A stretch of DNA of 64,000 nucleotides from Epiperipatus broadwayi (lineage: Eukaryota; Animalia; Onychophora). The notes beneath the pieces were generated by a model. That model searched no databases and was not told the DNA's origin. It was given only the letters and a program-made list of their open reading frames with translations. Positions 1 through 14,899 of the stretch are shown here, piece by piece. Position numbers and translations under genes: made by a program. Position 1 is the first letter of the stretch, and every line of letters begins with the position of its first letter. The stretch spans positions 15,004,001-15,068,000 of the forward strand of contig JAQFVV010000007.1 in the NCBI GenBank assembly GCA_028023455.1, read 5' to 3'.

Positions 1-446
1 AATTTAACCATCACATTTGATACTTGAACATCACATGGATTTCTAAGCAATTAATCATGTGGGTTTTTTCATGTACAATTTAATACAGGGATAGAGTGGC
101 TGACTTGGAAAGTAATATCTGGTCAGAGCCTTATCTATTACTTTTACCATTCAAACATTACATGACCCTTTAGCAAATAATCATCTGTTATGATTTATTG
201 AAAACATTGAAACTTAAATGCTTTATTTAATGAATAAAAGATAAATTCCAATACTGTATTACTTGGAAAGAACATACTTAAAACATTAAATGTAGTTTTA
301 ATATATTTTCAGAACTAAACACCTGTATTAAAGATAACCATTATATTTGAAAAATATTACAGCTGCCTTTGATATCTGCACTGAAAATGTTTTAAGATTA
401 TATTCAATAGGGTCAATATTTTTTCATGTTATCATCATTTTCAATT

Positions 447-720
447 ATTGATTGATTGATTGATTGATTGTGAACCATCTCTCTTCCAAGTTTAATTCAG
501 TTTCTCCACTCTTTAGCCTCTCATCTCCACATAGCACCAGCAAATAGTCTTATTTTATTCATTCATCTTATATGTAGTTTATTTCTAAATATTTTACACT
601 TTTTTAAAATCTGGTTTAAATCTTAAATTGCTCTATTATCTTGACTTCTACCAGTATGCCCAGAACTATTCCATTTCAATAATACCTGTTTTATTTCTGA
701 CTCATATATTTTATTTTTAA
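447..720 (-). mobile_element. RTE-type LINE 3' remnant with (AATC)n tail
   Basis: Reverse strand reads as a degenerate RTE ORF2 end (GHTGRSQDNR...FAGAMWR), similar to 37744-38053. It ends in an (ATTG)n run at 447-470. Confidence 0.55.
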
Positions 721-1241
721 TCTCTTTTTGTTTTTCCTACTTATCTCCATGTGTTATTTCCTGTTTACCTTCAAAATAATAAACTCATCATTCATATTCT
801 GTCATTGAATAATGTATTCTAATATATAAACTGATGAAAATAATAGATGAAATAGCATATTCTCTTCTCAGCAATCTGTTTCTATTGTTTGTTACCAGGA
901 AATGGGCTCTTTATTTTTTTATGCCCTGAAGATGCAACTGTTTAGTTGCTCAAGAACTGGAGTGAAGTTTAGAAGAGATAATTACATTTCTGATGCATCT
1001 CTAGATCAAGGTATAAACTGTAAATGAACTCTATATAATTTGTGAAATTATCCATTGTTTTTTATATTATTAGTGCACAGTAAAATGTTTAAAATATTGA
1101 TTTCTGTAACTTCATTATGCATAATAATTAACTGAGGGAAGGTATTGGTCCAGATAAATCAGATGTTGTAATAAGGGACTGAGTGTCAGTGATGTATGAT
1201 AGCAAATACTTAGCTTGCAATTGTTTTTTTTTTTTTAAATA

Positions 1242-1680
1242 ATGGCTTGAATTGGATCTGTTGAAGAATTTGATTAAAATTGCTTGGATGTCTGTTCAGT
1301 GTACTTGGAGATAATGTGTTCTTATATGAATATAAATTAACCATGCTCATCAGTCTTGATGGACCAGTGGTTCTCCATGTTCTCATGACAGAGATGGCAC
1401 TGTTAAAGCCATCTAAACTACCTTTGATAAGGCTATAGAACTTCTAACTAACCACTTTATGTCAAAGCCCTTGGTAATAATGCTAAGATATAAATTCATC
1501 CTACACAATTAGGAACCTGGCGAAAAAGCAATTAACTATGTGTCTGAATTGAAAAGAATGGTATTAATCCTTGATTTTGAAAACTTCCCAAAAAAGCACT
1601 GAGAGATAGATTTATAGATGGTGTAAAAGATTATGCATAAAGAACTAATTTATTAATAGACTCCAATACTACATTGATAT
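1242..1680 (+). pseudogene. Gypsy-type LTR retrotransposon gag remnant
   Basis: Manual translation with stops: MA*IGSVEEFD ... FDKAIELLTNHF ... RYKF ... EPGEKAINYVSELKR ... LRDRFIDGVKD. This matches the retrotransposon gag motif pattern. Confidence 0.7.
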
Positions 1681-1737
1681 TTCAGAATCCCAGTTGACCT
1701 TAATAAAAATGCAATATAAAAATTTGAGACCTCTCAA

Positions 1738-2094
1738 TGAAATATGGAGAAGTGTATGTATCTTAGGAGTAATTAGAAGAGATCAAAAATGAAATATGTG
1801 GATCAGAGAACAAACAAATATCATTTACATTATTGAAGGAATTAAAAGATTAAACTGAAAACTGGGATGGACATATTGCTTGAAGATATGATAGTAGATA
1901 GTTTAGTTAAAATCTTAAACTGAATTCCAAGAAATTGTAAAAGACCTAGAAAGAGACTGCATGTAAGATGGGTGTATGAAATGAGAACATTTGCTGTGGT
2001 GATGTGAAGAAAAGAGGCTAGAGAAAAGAGAAACTGAATTTAACTTGGGAAAAAAATCTTATCCTGCAAATAGTTAAAAATGATGATGATGATG
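1738..2094 (+). mobile_element. RTE LINE 3' remnant with (GAT)n tail
   Basis: Degenerate copy of 37740-38053 (IREQT, WDGHIA, CKRPR, HVRW motifs) ending in tgatgatgatgatg. Confidence 0.8.
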
Positions 2095-2918
2095 TAATCA
2101 AGCAATCATAATAATGTCAATAATTCAAGATGTACCACATGATTAGTAAGTATCAGTATGATTTTTGTCATCTTTTATCTTAAATAAACTATGCAAAGGT
2201 ATTATCTACTATAGATTTTATGGTTTATGTTGAGCTAACAATTTCAATTGGTGCATATCTGATTACATTGAAGCTGAAGATTTGTTTTAGTTTAATATGT
2301 GTAAAATTTACGATAACTAAATATAAATACCTACACACATAAAACTTTTTAAAGCAATTTTAAAAGAAACATTTGTGGATTTAAATAAAAAGCTAAGGAG
2401 GTAAAAGAATATGGATATTATTTCAATCACATAGATTTTGTAAATAATGTGAATATTTTTGCAAACAGTACTTCATAGTGTCAGAAAATTTGCAAGAACT
2501 ATTAAATAAAAGTTAGAATATATATGTATAATAAGATAAAGGTAAAAAGATTAAAATGATGCATGGATGTTCTTAGAAGATGAATAATTGTGAATTAGAA
2601 AATATTAATAATTAGAAATATCTTGGTCAGATTTTTAATACAGATTGACAAAATTAATCTAGAATTAAAAATTGGATATTAATTTTGGATTGGGTTATTT
2701 TCTTGTAATAAATTTAAAAGTATTATTCCTTTGTGTTTAAAAGAAAAGGTACAAACATTTCATATCATAATAAAGTATGGAGAGATGAACATTAAGAATA
2801 ATGATAGTATTGAAATGAAATGTTGTGATTAAGAGAACAAACAGAAATTACTGACATTTTAAAAATAATTAAAAGTTTGAAATGGATCTTTGTACTATAC
2901 AATGATAAAATAACTATT

Positions 2919-3121
2919 AATAGATGGACAGCTGAAGTTTTAAATTGATTTCCAAAAGATTGTAAAAGACCTAGAAAAAGACCACATGTGAGATAGATCA
3001 GTGAAATAGTGAAGTTTGTTGACATGTTATGAAGAAGAAAGAAACAAGACTAGAGAAACTGGATTAAACTTTAAAAACCTTTATCATTCAATGATTGATA
3101 ATAGTTAAAAATGATGATGAT
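2919..3121 (+). mobile_element. RTE LINE 3' remnant with (GAT)n tail
   Basis: Third copy of the same end (gattgtaaaagacctagaaa...catgtgagat), ending aaaaatgatgatgat. Confidence 0.7.
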
Positions 3122-3894
3122 AGTATATACATTTTCATTATATACTTAGTCTTGGCAGCACTATGTTTTTAACGTCATGTAGCACAGGCAAGTTGCATAT
3201 TAATGCAATATTTTTTTTAAAGACAACAAATTTTCATTATTCAATGGTCTACAACTTGGGGATTTTTAGTGCTTTCTGCCTTCAGTTCTTATATTGCTAC
3301 TAATGAGTTTATAGTTTATTATAATATGAAAGCTATCATTTATTTTTATCCATTATGATATAAAATATAAAAGGTAATTAGCATCCATCCACATGTTCTA
3401 GGAATCAATATGCCTTCAAAAAATCTAATTATTGTCCAACATACTAGTGGATACACATTGAAACAGTACTAACATATTTTCCTATGCACTTTACCCAATG
3501 TACAGACAATACTTTATTATTCTCCAATTTCAAAAATAGCTGAAAGTTTAACCTGTCTAATAATCTTCAGAGATGTAACATAAAACACTATATATAAATA
3601 ATCTAGTCATAATGAAATTCAACATATAAAAGTAATTATAAACAAACTGTTTTTTATTAATAATTTTTATTAGTCATTCATTAAACTAGAGATTATTCAA
3701 TAATGAATAATATTTATATAGTGTAATTTTTATCCACTTTTAACAACTGTGGAGGAATGTAATCAAAAACATATAACTAAAAACGTGTGAAAAAGATCTG
3801 CAATCACCAAGTTGCACATTTTTTGTTGAACCAGCAATTATCAGTTGACTCAGAATATAATCTCTTACACATATCTTTATCATTGATCAGTATA

Positions 3895-4374
<480 letters not shown>

Positions 4375-6424
4375 TGCAAATTACTACAGTTTAATTGATG
4401 TGTCAAATGTGCTTATAATTTTTACATCTCATTGGTTATATGTTTAAGATTACATCCCTCTACAAGGTGTTGAAAATGGATAGAAACCAGTCCCTACCAA
4501 TTACTAATGCAAATTTTATTAATATATTTTCATTACGTGATTTGTGCTAATATTGTAAGGACAGTACATTTGTCACATCAAATAAACTGTAGTAATTTTT
4601 TACCTATACATATGAAAAACAATGATAAAGATATTTTTAAGATATTGTGGTCTGGGCTAGCATGAAATATGTATCTTGGTAGTCATAGATCTTTTTAAGC
4701 GTATTGTTCATGTGTTTAAAATTATATTTCCCCACAATATGTAAAAAGCACATAGAAACAAGTCCCTACCTTGCATAAAAGTAGTGTAGTAAAAATTATG
4801 CTACAGAAAAATTGTTTTGTATGTTTTATTTTGTAATGATAAGATATTTATATATAGTAAGCATGTTACTGTTGTGAAGAAGGTTATTGGACAGTTAAAC
4901 TGTCAGCTATTCTTTGAAGTTTGAAATAATAAAATATTGTATTTGCATTGTGTAAAGTGCATAGAACATTCTGTTCAACCTCTGAAACTGTCAGCTGTTT
5001 TTATTAATAAAACATGCATTAGGTAAAGTACCTAGTAGAAACTGTTAGTAATGTTTATTTATATTAGTAGTAATGTAGTCAATACAGAAAAGCTAAAAAA
5101 AAAAGAGAATATTTAAAATTTTATTATATAAATAGCCATATGCAATAAGGCAAGGACATAAAAAAATGAATATTTGCCCTCCTCCTTTTCTTTAAGCTTT
5201 AAAGAAAAATCAAACGACCTCCTTTTAGTTAATAAAAAATTTAATAAGAAACTAAGATATTGATTTATATAGAAAATGATATAAAATATACTCATTTATA
5301 TTCAAAAGCTACATCGTGCACTAAATTATTTTTTCCTCTAAATTTCATTTTAATTTGTTGCTTATTTTTTAATAGTTTTTTTTTTTTCTGAATGGCTGTA
5401 CATTTTTTTATTACTTTTATTAAACTATAAATAAAATACTTAACATTCTAAGTTTTTTCAAATGTTATTTTTTTAATTAGTATACCCTCATTAAATTCTC
5501 CCACTTAGCAAGCCTATTTTATTATGGGTCAAATCTAACCGTAGACTCCACACTTAAGCCATTATAATTTCTGTTATCAACATGTTTTCTTATTTATCAC
5601 AGCTGAAAGCGCTGAGTCTCATTAGTTGTTGGTGAAGACATGTTTGGAAGCGTTGCTAATATTCATTTGATAATTTAAAGTGCTGATACTTTTATAAAAA
5701 TTTGTATGGATAAATAAAAAATCATTAAATGTGTTGAAAATGCTTAAATCACTATCCTATTCTGACATAATAGAAAAAGACTACTACAGATGCGTCGCAG
5801 CATCCGCTGATGTTTATGACACACATCTATATTTATATCTTTCATCAGTAACTTTATCTAATTCGACGAAAGTATATACACAATATTACCAAATTCACCA
5901 CTTCCTTTATTTTGCTGTAAATGTATTTATATATACACAATAGGCAGCAGAAAATTTAGGACAAGATAGAATTTACATATATTCAATAAATGCAATACGG
6001 AATACTAATAAAATAAAAACGCACTTTTGAGTAAAAGATGTCAGTCATTATTGCAGCTGAGTCTGACAAGGAAAGATCCACCCATAGCTTTAGTCTGTCT
6101 CATGTCTGATTATATAATCTGGCAGAGACCAATTTTAGTCATGATTTTTTATTGATTTGACTTTATTAATGACTGTGTATATATATCTTTGTAGGTACTG
6201 CTCTTATATAAAAGTACATTTAGTGCAGTAGAAGTCAAATAATATGAAAGTGATACATTGAATAATGAGAAAGAAATCCTGAGAGATATTAACTAATAAA
6301 AATGAAATGATCTAAAACAAAGATTACCATGTATTTCATTCCAAAAAGTCAGTAGAGAGAGCACTGATCTAATATGGGGTATATTTACCCTTTTCTACAG
6401 CATGCCACATGTGATAGACTGACT

Positions 6425-6524
<100 letters not shown>

Positions 6525-8440
6525 CACTTCTATATTGATTTATAACACATGTATGCCTAATCACACTTTATGAATGAGTTTAATTCCAATAATAAATCTT
6601 TTGTTATAATAATAATACTAACTAGAGTTGTATTAGTCACTCATACTGTCTTCTGAGTCTGGTCTAGAGAAGCATGTAGTTTAAACAAATTCACTGTTGA
6701 GGGATAGGCTTAAGATAATTCATAACAACTGCAATGTGAATATTATTTAAATATTTTAATGCTATGAATCAACTTTAATACTGTAAATAATATAAATATT
6801 AACATAGTTATTACCCCATTTAAATCATACATTCTTCAGGTACTCCAAAATCTAAAACTTTATAAAGAAATGATAACTTTATGTATCCTTTGTTTCAAAA
6901 TGAAAAAAGGTATGTATTTATAAAAATTACAATGAAGGGTTATAAGATGTAATACCTGTCATATTAATTGATGATTTCTTTATATTTTAAATAGCCTTTT
7001 TACCTATTATATAGCCAATGCAAGTATACATTCCAAAATGGATTAACAAAAGACAATTTAGTTATTATTAGTTAGGCTGTTTAAAAAAAATCAGAAACTT
7101 TGGCTCCATTCATAACAATTTTTAACATACTTTTATTTGCTTATTCTTTGCTAGTCTATTTTGAAAGATGGTTAGTAAGACTGCCTTGTAGAAAAATGGA
7201 ATAGATAATGAAATATTAACATGGAACTGAAAATTATGATGTTTAATAACTGTAGTTCATCTGAATAGCAAAGATTGGTAATAAAATGTATGCATGCATA
7301 ATAAAAGACATTGGACTAAATTGCTGTGTGGGTAAGATTGCTGTAATATGATGGATATTGAGATAAGAAATGTACTAATGACCAAAACTTTGAATATATA
7401 TAAATATGTAAATTGGTTGAAAGTAAAGATCTTTTCCACTGTTTGACAAATAACATTTAAATCTCATGGAATCTGATATGTCTAACTGATGATCAAATAA
7501 AATGTGTCTCATTTTAACTGAGGTTCTAAGAATTTATATTGTAGACAATGTCAGACAATGCTAACTTCAGGTCTAACATTTTTCTCATTATAAAAATTAA
7601 ACCTTATTGAAAGTGGCTCAACTTAATATTCTGATCACAGAATCATGTTCATTTTTAACATTTTTGTAATTACTCAAAGTCATTGCAAATGTTAGATATA
7701 TGTGATGTATTTATGAAAATGTTTTCAAAGCTGAGTCTCTCCAACTTTGCATAAACAATATTAAAATCTCATATAACCTCCTATGTTTAACTCTCAACCA
7801 AATAAAATGAGTCTCACTTTATTTATATCTACAATGAGTGAAATTTTATGAAATGTTTACAGTTATTATTAAGTTTGTCTTCCATATAAGTTTTTTGGGA
7901 CCAGATAAAATGAGATCCATTTTGTTTGATTGGCAGACATATGAGTTTCTGAGATCCCTTACCATTGTTATGTGTAGTTATAAACAGTTGAAAAAATCTT
8001 AACATAATATTTCATGCTGTGTGTATATATATTGGTGAAATATTTTATAAATGGGAAATATGTTTTTTAAACCTATGAAGCCATATTGCTTTAAGTAAAA
8101 CAACCAGTCAAAACTCATTGTCTAGTCTAAAAAGTAATCAAACATTGTTAAAGCTACAACCTAATCATCTAAATTTGATTGTGATCCTGTCAGTGTAGTA
8201 TTATTTCTTCCTTCTTCAAACTCAGTTTTGATTGATTGTTGTACTTGAAATATCAGAAACAGAGTTGCATTTTTTAAATATTTCACCCCCTATATAATCC
8301 ATTCAAAATATTCAATTTTATATTAAAGTCTGCCTATCATTGTATTAGTAATGATAAATAATATAGAAAATCATATAACATTATAATACTATATAATTTT
8401 CTACTTCTGCTTCCTTTTTCTCTGTATTGATTTCTACTTT

Positions 8441-9060
8441 AACATATCATACCATTTACATAGTTCTTAAACACTTTATCAATACTTTTATTTATACCAA
8501 ACTATCAGTTTCAACTGTCCACAATATTCAAATATATAATTATACAATTAATACACTTATCCACATATTCCTATACATAATTAAATACACAATATAAACA
8601 AAAATTAATATATATTTTAATCTGACCATTATAAATAATCATTTCCCATTTTATTATTTCACTCTTTAAATAATTCTGTTAATATTTATTTTATATCAAT
8701 TTATTTTATATCACTTTATTTTAATTTTTTATATCAATTTATTTTATATCACTTTATTTTAATTTTTAAAAATTAAAATAAAGTGATATAAAATAAATAT
8801 TAATAGAATTATTTAAAGAGTAAAATAATAAAATGGAAAATGATTATTTACAATGGTCAAATTAAAATGTATATTAATTGTTGTTTATATTGTGTATTTA
8901 ATTATGTTTATGAATATGTGGATAAGTGTATTAATTGTATAATTATATATTTGAATATTGTAGCTCTGATGTTGACTGCAGAACAGTTGAAACTGTTAGT
9001 TTGATATAAATAAAAGTATTGATAAAGTGTTTAAGAAAGATGTAAATGGTATGATATATT
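8441..9060. mobile_element. Foldback (tail-out) insertion of a non-coding repeat, centre 8767/8768
   Basis: Arms are imperfect reverse complements (aacatatcataccatttaca / tgtaaatggtatgatatatt; ttaattttt|aaaaattaa). The left arm has a ~38-bp tandem duplication; the right arm carries an HHR-like motif. Confidence 0.8.
8962..9001 (+). ncRNA. Degenerate type I hammerhead-like motif
   Basis: agct-CTGATGT-t-gactg cagaa cagtt-GAAA-ctgTT-agtt. Stems I and II pair, but A9 is changed to T. Related gaaactgtcagct ends occur near 4891 and 4983. Confidence 0.55.
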
Positions 9061-9346
9061 ACAAAACTAACCAAGAAACAAATTTTAATAAAATTCTTCC
9101 ATGACCACTATTTCATCTATTAAAAAATAGTCTTTATTAACTGAAATTCAACAAAATCTATATGTATATATATTGTTAAAAGGAGATTGCCTTGACAACA
9201 GGTTGAAATTGTTGATTGTTATCTATATTGAGATTGTCTAAGTGTTGACTGTTTTCTAATGATATATATATATATATATATATATATCCTTTGGTTAGTT
9301 TGTTATATATTAATATATATATATATATCTATATATATATATATAT

Positions 9347-10046
9347 GCAAAACAAATAGCCTTTCTATCATTCACTTCAAAAGTCAACTTCCTTTAACAA
9401 CAAAGAATGTCTTCATGAGATTAATGGTCTCAGATTCAAAAAAAATTATCATCTGAGTTTCTTTTATTCTTCTTTTTAATTCATTTTTTTCATTAAAGAT
9501 AACCTCTGCATTATCAAATAATATTTTATGCCCTGCATTCAGTTCATAAATGTACAAAACTGAGTTATAATATCTATTTTTAACTCTACTCTTAACATTT
9601 TCATTAAGATGTAATTTCCTTTGATCTATCAAATTATACAACAACTTCAAGAATCTTAGAAACTACACCAAAAATAGATTTTCAATTAATTGACTATGCA
9701 AATCCATCCACTCCAGGTGTATGTTATGAGATTCCTTGCAGTTGTTGTAAAATTTGTAAAGGTCCGAGTAAATTAAGCTTTAATGAAAGAGTTAAAGTTT
9801 AGAAGAATAGGATTAAAAATAGATTTGATAACTCAGTTTTGTATAATCATGAACTGAATACAGGTCATAAAATATTATTTGACAATACAGAGGTTATTTT
9901 TTATGAAAGAATTGTATTAAAAAGAAGAGTAAAAGAAGCTCTGACAATAAATTTTCTTGAATCTAAATATCTATCTCATGAAGACGTTTGTGGATTTTAA
10001 AGGAAGTTGTTTTTTGAAATGAATGATGGGAAGGCTATTTGTTTTG
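9347..10046. mobile_element. Penelope-like element GIY-YIG remnant, inverted pair
   Basis: Plus strand reads GVCYEIPCSCCKIC...HELNTGHKILFDNTEVI...RRVKEAL; minus ORF 9384-9650 is its mirror (ELNAGHKILFDNAEVI...RRIKE). Both flanks are (TA)n. Confidence 0.8.
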
Positions 10047-10588
10047 TATATATATATATGTATGTATTTTGTTGAATTTTACTTGAAAACGTCTATTTGT
10101 TAATAGATGAAACAATTTCAGTAAAATTTATTTTTGGCTAGTATTGTAATATGATTGTCTACTAAATTATATATGTGTGTGTGTATTTAAACAAATGGAT
10201 AAGCGATAATAATTCAATATGATAACTAGAAAGATTTGTTAGTGCTATTGCTTGATAACTATAAATTACTAAGACAGCTTTAATGCCAAAATGTTTTCCT
10301 TGCAATCCACAATAGCTGATTTTGTCTTAAATTTGTATATATATTGAAATATTGGAAATGTAATAGAATATTCAGTATGCACTCATACTGTTTTTTTATC
10401 TTTCAATAAAATATTAGCATGTCATTTAACCTGATATAATTCAAATATGTCTATAATATCCCCTTACTCTAAAATGTCATATTATCTAAGATTATAAAAA
10501 AATTTTAAAGCCCCAGAAAATGATTTTGGAAAAATGAATTATAATTTACAAATCTTTGCCTGAAAAGTTTATGATGATAGTATTTTGG

Positions 10589-11051
10589 TTGTATTTATAT
10601 ATTGGACTATTTCCATCATCTATTATTAAGTATTGAATGTCTTTAGAAAAATTAAACTTTATTCAAATCTTCCAATTATATTCAACTGTTAGTAATAGTA
10701 TACAAGTTATTATATGCACAGTTTTTAGAAGTATTAGTTTCCTTTCTTTTTCAGGGATTGCTGGCTTGTCTTTGGTAGGATGGCTCAGTTAGTTACAATG
10801 TTGATTTAAAATTCAATATTCAAGAATTAAGGGTTCAGCTTCCATTTTCATGCTAGGACTGTCACTGATCAAGCAAGAAACACCTGAAGAAGAGAAAAGA
10901 AAAATACTTCTTGAAATGTTGTGCATATATTAACCTGTGTGCTATCATTAACAGTTGAATGTAATTGGAAGATTTGAATAATGTTTAATTTTTCTAAACA
11001 CATTCAATACATAATATTAGATGATGGAAATAGTCCTATATATAAATACAA
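10589..11051. mobile_element. Family C tRNA-headed, HHR-bearing SINE-like repeat, inverted pair (copy 1)
   Basis: Arms ~10589-10750 and ~10880-11051 are reverse complements and homologous to 36353-36959. An A-box-like tggctcagttag is at ~10781. Confidence 0.75.
10881..10923 (+). ncRNA. Hammerhead-like motif, family C
   Basis: cac-CTGAAGA-agag...cttctt-GAAA-tgtT-gtg; same layout as 36780-36826. Confidence 0.6.
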
Positions 11052-12500
11052 TGAACCTTTGTATCTTGGATTTTTTTTTGCAATAAATGAATAAAAAATA
11101 GAATTGTGCTATTATTAAGGATGTTCTTAAGATGTCTGAGTGCTAGAAGTGATGGAGCTGTTATAAATTTAGGAACCTTAATCTCCAAAATGAAATAAGA
11201 CTTATTTTAATATAAGATCTCTAATAATAACCAATGAACTGTTCATATAAAATTAAGAGCCTTGTTTATAATCACAATGATTGTGTTAAAAACTCATATT
11301 CTTTAAGTTTTTGAAATATTTTAACTACTTATAATATAGTCTGTATAATTTTTGTCAACTCCCTTTCCTATTTTTTATATAAAAGCTTTGTTAAATCTTA
11401 TAAAATATGAGACCACAATATATATAATTGTCTAAATATTTACCTCAATTTTAGTTATTAATAGTACAATTGTTAGCAAAGCTGTTTTTAATGCATCTTG
11501 CAAACAGAAATAATAATTTTCCAATTCAGGATTCACATAAGCTTTAAAGTTATAATTAAATTTAAATTTATGAATTATTGTTAATAAATAAATTTAGGAA
11601 TTATTGTTGATAAATAAATTGATGCTAACAACATATCACATGACCTCCCATGTGCATACTTGTGTGCTTTCAAGAGCAGATTATTATCATTGTTTGTTAG
11701 AGCCATCTATGATAAGCTTGAAGAATCAGTGCACATCTAGTGGTAACAGTGCTATAAAATCCTACCATCAACTTGTCAACTTTCAATGGCTTTACTTTTT
11801 CACCAGGGATTACCAGAATCTTAAAGCACCGTATCATATGATATATATAAATTACTCTAGCTTACAATAGATGGCTCTAGAGTATGGTGAAGGCAACCTG
11901 CTTTGAAGAAATTGATGAAAAACACATATCTAGTTCCTTTTCTTGATGACCAAATGCTTATTGTTTAATAAATCATTAACAAATGATTCTATAGAATTGT
12001 ATAATCTGTTTATTAGATTTATTAACATACAAAGAATTATTAAACACTCTAAAAAACAATAACTCATATTTCAATAATAAAAATAATGTATTACAAATAA
12101 ATATTTGTTTTCTGGCTAGCATGTCAGTACCTCTAAGAATAGCAAAATACTTATTTACTAACCAGTAAATGAATGGAAAACCAGGTTACTACAGGCTGAC
12201 TATATAAAAAAATCCCACAATTTGAAATCAATTAATTTTCAATTACTTTAATTTTTTTTCAAAATTCAGGTCTTGTGATTGGGTGAAATGTACTAACCAT
12301 TATACCATGATGCCTTTATTTAAATATATTAGTGTACAGTTTTGAAAATAATGCATTATGTGTTGGTGGTGTTTAGTTAATACTATAATTATATAAGTAT
12401 ATATTTGCATATTAAATTTTGTGTTTGTAGGCAATTAAAAGTATCTGAACAAAATGTAAATATGACCAAGCAATGATACATAATTATTATCAGTGATATT

Positions 12501-12838
12501 CTGGTTTGTCATAATGGTAAAATGGAAAGTTCTGAAATTCATGATCCATGGGCTGCCACCCAATTCTACACTTATAGTGTTTGAACTCCTTTTTATTTGA
12601 TTGCCCTGTGTATTTTGGTCCAGTGGTAGAGTAGCAGATTCTAGAAACCTAGTCTGTGGGTAGCAGCCGAGCTCTTATAAGGTTTCACGCAATAAATTAT
12701 TCAGTTTGCCCTGTGTAGATTAGTGCAACAGTAGAATGGCAGAGTCTGAGGCTCAAGATCTGTGACTCATGGCCCAGTTCTGTTATTTCCTACACTAGAA
12801 TAGCAGTTTGGAGTTAAACTCCGTATCCAGTTCTGTCA
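12501..12838 (+). repeat. Cluster of degenerate tRNA-like units (~100-bp spacing)
   Basis: A-box/D-arm-like strings cataatggtaaaatgg, tggtccagtggtagag and ttagtgcaacagtagaa. No intact cloverleaf. Confidence 0.4.
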
Positions 12839-14244
12839 TATCCAATACTCGAGCTTATCTTCTCCCAAAATTAACTATTAAATTATTATTATTATTAGTG
12901 ATGATATACAGTTATTGATTTTTGGTACAATTTATTCTAGTATGTCGTCTTATAGCATAGCCAATGGAATCTTCTTTTTGATAATGTGTTGGTTCATTTA
13001 TAGTTTTACGCATGCGCATTTTCTAGATTTAATGTAGTATATTTTGTATCGAAAGCCTGGCTTAGCAAAAAAGAAAGAAAATGAAATTTTTATTGCCGTA
13101 TTTATATTGTGTACAAACTCTTGTAGAATATATTCTTATATCTCTCAACACACACGCAATAATGTTGTATAAAAGCTAACAAAGATTGAATCTATTATTT
13201 TCAGGAATAATATACTATTATCGCTTTCTTAATACAATTTATTTTAGAATATCCATGAATACATCTACATACGCACGCTACATGTAATGCTGTAGTAAAA
13301 AAGTTAAAGTTTGAACCCAATTACTTTAAACCGACGCTAAATAAAAAACATTCTTTTCTCCTGCTCTTATTTCTTACAGATGGTTTTTCACACTAAAAGC
13401 AAATTAGTAGCAACAGGATTAAGTCTCGGATAAAACCATATGCATTAGCTTTATGACCTTTACGGAGGTATAGGTTAAAAGATCAGAAAGGACTTTACAA
13501 AGAGAAAGAATATCCGAAAACACTGTAAATATTAAATGTAAATGTTTTATTCCCAGTTTTCGTAGTTATTATATTATAGACTTTTTTTTTAAAAAAAAAA
13601 GAAACAAAAACATTAAAATATATATATGTTCTTTACATTCTTTTCAATACTGCATAATTAGCTGATTATAATCAAATTTTATTAACCAATCATAAATGCA
13701 AAATTAGAAACAGTTTATAATTTTAGAAACCTTTATCTCCTAAGGATATTTGCTATCAGCAGAGAATTTACTTTATTATTTAATTTAGACATGCAAAACT
13801 TAATTTTTATATTTTCCCTTCAGCCTTTTCTTCCCCTTTCTTTACCTCTAATGATTTGTTGATGAATATGTAATAAGCAATTATTTTCAAAAGCAGTCGA
13901 ATTAAATCAATTTAGATGAGTTTTATTTTTTATTTTTACAGTAAATAAATGTGAATAAAATATGGTCTTTGCTTACCGATTAAAATAATCCATAGCTTTG
14001 ATTATATTTTAGAGCAAAAAAAAATAACAATGGCAAACTAAAATATTGTACTTAAAAAATAAATAGACTATTTATTAACAACTTAAGAAAGTTTTTTTTT
14101 CTTTAAGATAACTTTTCACAATAATTTATGAACAGAACTGTAGAAATTCTAATTATAAAATAGATTCATTCACTGCTGTTTTGTGCAAGTATTTCAATCA
14201 AAGGGTTTATTGCTCAGATATTCATAAGTTTGAACACTAAAGGT

Positions 14245-14610
14245 AACAGAGTTAGGCTACAGTTCACAAACCTTGAGCTTCAGAGTAAAAAATCCAACGA
14301 TTGATATCATGATTCATAGATTTTGGGGCCAGTTTCTTCATTCTACCACTGTACCAATCAACATGAGGAGAAATAATCAAAGGATTTGTTGCTTGGAAGC
14401 TCTCAAAATGTCCAAACACTGAAAGTTTCAAAACTGGACCATAATCATTAACTTGGAGTTTAGAATCCAATGTTCTACCACTTCACCAAATCACACAAGG
14501 CAAAGTAATCAAATAGTTTTCTGCTCAAAAGTTCACAAAATTCTACACACTGAGAATGACAAGGTGGGACCATGATTTATGGACTTTTAGTTCCAGAATA
14601 CTCTACCACA
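14245..14610 (-). repeat. Cluster of degenerate tRNA-like units
   Basis: Reverse strand has tggtacagtggtagaa, tggtgaagtggtagaac and ttgttgtggtagag at roughly 120-130-bp spacing. Confidence 0.4.
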
Positions 14611-14899
14611 ACAACAAAACTATGCAGAGTAGTTTTATCATTAGATATATAAACTCAATAACCAATAACAATATGGTTTATGATCCAGTATAAGAGTATG
14701 CTTCATAAATAAAAAGCTGTTAAATTTTATTTTTGAGCAGATATGCACTATGTGCCACATGTCCAGAAACTACTGAGATAAAAATAATGTCCGGAAAAAA
14801 ATCAAGATTTTAATCATTATTGTGGAATATCAATATTATTCACCCCAGGAAATGAACTTGTAAAAAAATTTGTTGTATAGGTTGATTCCAGTCATAAAT

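Noticed and set aside
831-860. CTGATGA...GAAA as a hammerhead
   Set aside because: No stem I or stem II pairing.
4480-4780. GAAACCAGTC/GAAACAAGTC-cctacc and gcatGAAAtatgtatcttgg as ribozymes
   Set aside because: Only 3' halves are visible with no CUGANGA core; at most heavily decayed fragments.
6840-6909. 70-nt candidate exon with good splice signals
   Set aside because: The open frame gives no recognisable peptide, and such matches are common by chance in AT-rich DNA.
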